From Eledone cirrhosa (lineage: Eukaryota), in the NCBI GenBank assembly GCA_964016885.1, contig OZ024757.1, positions 8,184,001 to 8,248,000 on the forward strand: DNA of 64,000 bases, given 5' to 3'. The position numbers and the translations under genes were made by a program. Numbering within the stretch: position 1 is the stretch's first letter; each line of letters begins with the position of its first letter. The notes under the pieces are model-generated. The model saw nothing but the letters and a program-made list of their open reading frames with translations. It searched no databases and had not been told where the DNA came from. Below are positions 61,594 to 64,000 of the stretch, one piece after another.

Positions 61594-64000
61594 CAGTTGC
61601 ATTTATCTTGCTTTATGTTCATACGAGTTATCACCAAGTCACAACCAGTGACCTCAAGAGACAACAAGGTCCGCCATGTTCAAGAAAGAACATACATATT
61701 CACACATGCATCTTTAGTGTTTAGACTTGTGATGTACTTATATTGACAGAATCTTCCTTAGTATATGGGCAGTTTCCATTAGTACAATCTTTTGTATTTC
61801 TCCTATACGCGGGTTTCCTGGGATTTGCGATAAGTAATCATTAGACCCCTTAGGTATCATTCCCAGAGCGCCAACAACCACAGGTATTGGTTTAGTTCTC
61901 AATTTCCACATTTTTCCAATTTCTATCTCCAGGTCCTTATACTTGCTCAATTTTTCAAATGTTTTTATAGAAACATTCTTGTCTATTGGAACAGACATAT
62001 CAATTAGCAGGCATACCCTCCTTTGAAATTCCTTCAATATTATATCAGGTCTATTTGCATCTATTTTTCGGTCTGTTTGGATGCTAAAGTTCCACAAGAT
62101 TGAGATGTGATCTTTTTCAAGTATGGGAGGTGGTTGATGCTCCCACCAATTCTTTTGATGGGGCAGGTCAAAATGCTTACACATTATCCAATGTATGTAT
62201 TGTGCAGCTCTGTCATGCCTCATTAGGTATTCGGTTGGAGCTATAGGACTGCACATTGAAATTATATGGTCAATGGTCTCTGGTTGTTTTTTGCATACAC
62301 GGCATAATGGGCTGCATCCATTTTTTATTATGTTGGCTTGGTAATTTTTTGTTGGCATACACTGATCTTGTGCTGATATAATTAGTCTCCGATTTCAGTC
62401 CAGAGGATGCCAACCACTGATGAGTTAAAATTTTGTCAACATCAGGATTGTTAGCTCGCTCTGGGTATTTTCCAAACAGAGGCTTTTCTTGCCATTTCTT
62501 AGCCAGTTTCTGTAGCAGTTCTTTCTTTGCAGTTACTTTTACCTGCTTTGCTTTTTCTGTGTTTTCCATTTCAGCAGTAAATGGGACTTCTGAAATTTGT
62601 AGTTCATTATTGTATCTTTGTGCATCTTTTGTAATGAGAATATGATCTTGTGATGCTTTCGTGTTTCAAAACGAGTTTGATCATCCAATCATGTGATTCC
62701 CTTAGATATGTAGATAATCCAATTGTTGCAGTTTTCAACGCACTGTCTAACTGGATTAACCCACGTCCTCCTTTCCTGGGGAGATATATTCTATCTATAT
62801 CTGCCTTAGGGTGATGCATCCTGTGCATGGTTAAGAATTTTCGAATTTTTGTATCGAGCCTACGGATCTCTGTGTTTGACCAGTTGATGACATTGTAACT
62901 GTAGGTTACTACTGGTATGGCAAGCGTGCTTATGGCATCGATCCTATTCCTTGCATTCAATTCCGTTCTTAAGATTGCTCTTACTCTGAGGTAACATTCC
63001 TTCCTTATCCTTTCCCTCATTGTCGAGTGCTTGATTCCGTCTCCTTCACAAACACCTAGATATTTGTAAGTTTTTTCTTGATCAAGTTCTCTTATCACGT
63101 TCCCCCGATCAAGATTAATGTCTGAACTCTTCAGCAGCTTTCCTCTGGTGAACGTTGCATTGGCGCATTTATCTAGTCCAAAGTCCATTTTAATGTCATC
63201 ACTGAACTGCCCCACAGTGGATAATAGCCCTTGCAATTGTTCATCATTTTTTGCAAATAGTTTCAGGTCATCCATGTAGAACAAGTGATTAATGGTTTTG
63301 TCATAGACTTTATATCCATGTTTTGTTTCATTGAGCATTTTACTTAATGGTATAAGTGCGATGCAGAATAAAAGCGGTGATAAAGAGTCACCCTGAAAAA
63401 TTCCACAATTAATATTAACTTCTCCAGCTTCCAGTGATTTTGTTTCACTATTCAAAAAGAGTGTCGTTTTCCATGTCTTCATACTGAATGACAAAAACCT
63501 CCTGACAACGGGAAATATTTTGAAAAGCTCTAAACATTTTTCAATCCAACTGTGTGGCAAACTATCGAATGCTTTTTTATAATCTATCCAAGCAATCGAT
63601 AGATTTTTTTGTCTATTAGGACAATCTTCCAGTATCATTTTGTTAACCAGAAGCTGATCCTTACAGCCATATGAGCCTCGTTTACACCCTTTCTGCTCAA
63701 TGGGAAATAGGTCATTTGTTATCAGGTGGTCATATGTGTATTCAGTTAGGACTGATTTTAAAATTTTATACATTGTGGTCAAGCAAGTTATCGGTCTGTA
63801 ATTTTGGGGATTGTTTGTCTCATCATTCTTCGGAAGCAGGAATGTAATGCCGTTAACTAGCCATCATGGTATCTTTTCTGGCTCCTTAACTATTTTGTTG
63901 TAAAGTTGGGCTAACAGCTCATGAGACTCTGTGAAGGCATTTATCCAAAAGTTTTGTATTTTGTCTTTTCCTGGGGATTTCCATTTGCTGGTTTTTCTTA
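61594..64000 (-). mobile_element. Dong-B copy running off the window end
   Basis: ORFs 61738-62358 and 62607-63782. Confidence 0.95.

Noticed and set aside
22864-64000. Array as segmental duplication, or as bacterial retron/group II intron/DGR RTs
   Set aside because: Copies have distinct truncation points and divergence; RTs carry eukaryotic non-LTR CCHC/RLE or APE domains

Overview
AT-rich, microsatellite-dense eukaryotic (animal) DNA. The tRNA-derived SINE family looks like the octopod-cephalopod type, but that is recognition, not a search result. No complete host protein-coding gene is visible. The left ~22.6 kb holds a CpG-rich CCAAT-box promoter candidate with a putative non-coding first exon (~3.5 kb) and a likely second exon (7357-7450). 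It also holds many tRNA-SINEs, MITEs (mariner-, piggyBac-, hAT-like), a Helitron-like element, RTE/Tx1/CRE LINE fragments, a Penelope GIY-YIG remnant and several minimal type I hammerhead-ribozyme motifs, two of them in the arms of a long inverted repeat. The right ~41 kb (22.6 kb to the window end) is an uninterrupted tandem array of non-LTR retrotransposons. It contains 13 copies of two R4/Dong-clade RT+RLE families, all on the minus strand, plus 3 Tx1-clade pieces and a SINE dimer, all on the plus strand. All but one junction is an (ATT)n linker and no LINE interrupts another. The main candidate system is a self-extending, polarised, microsatellite-targeted multi-clade retrotransposon train whose members appear to share 5' leader modules (Dong-A/Dong-B/Tx1) and 3' ends (SINE/Tx1). 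It lies antisense to a possible + strand transcription unit, which raises a piRNA-cluster-like hypothesis. Element boundaries are read by eye and are approximate to a few bases.
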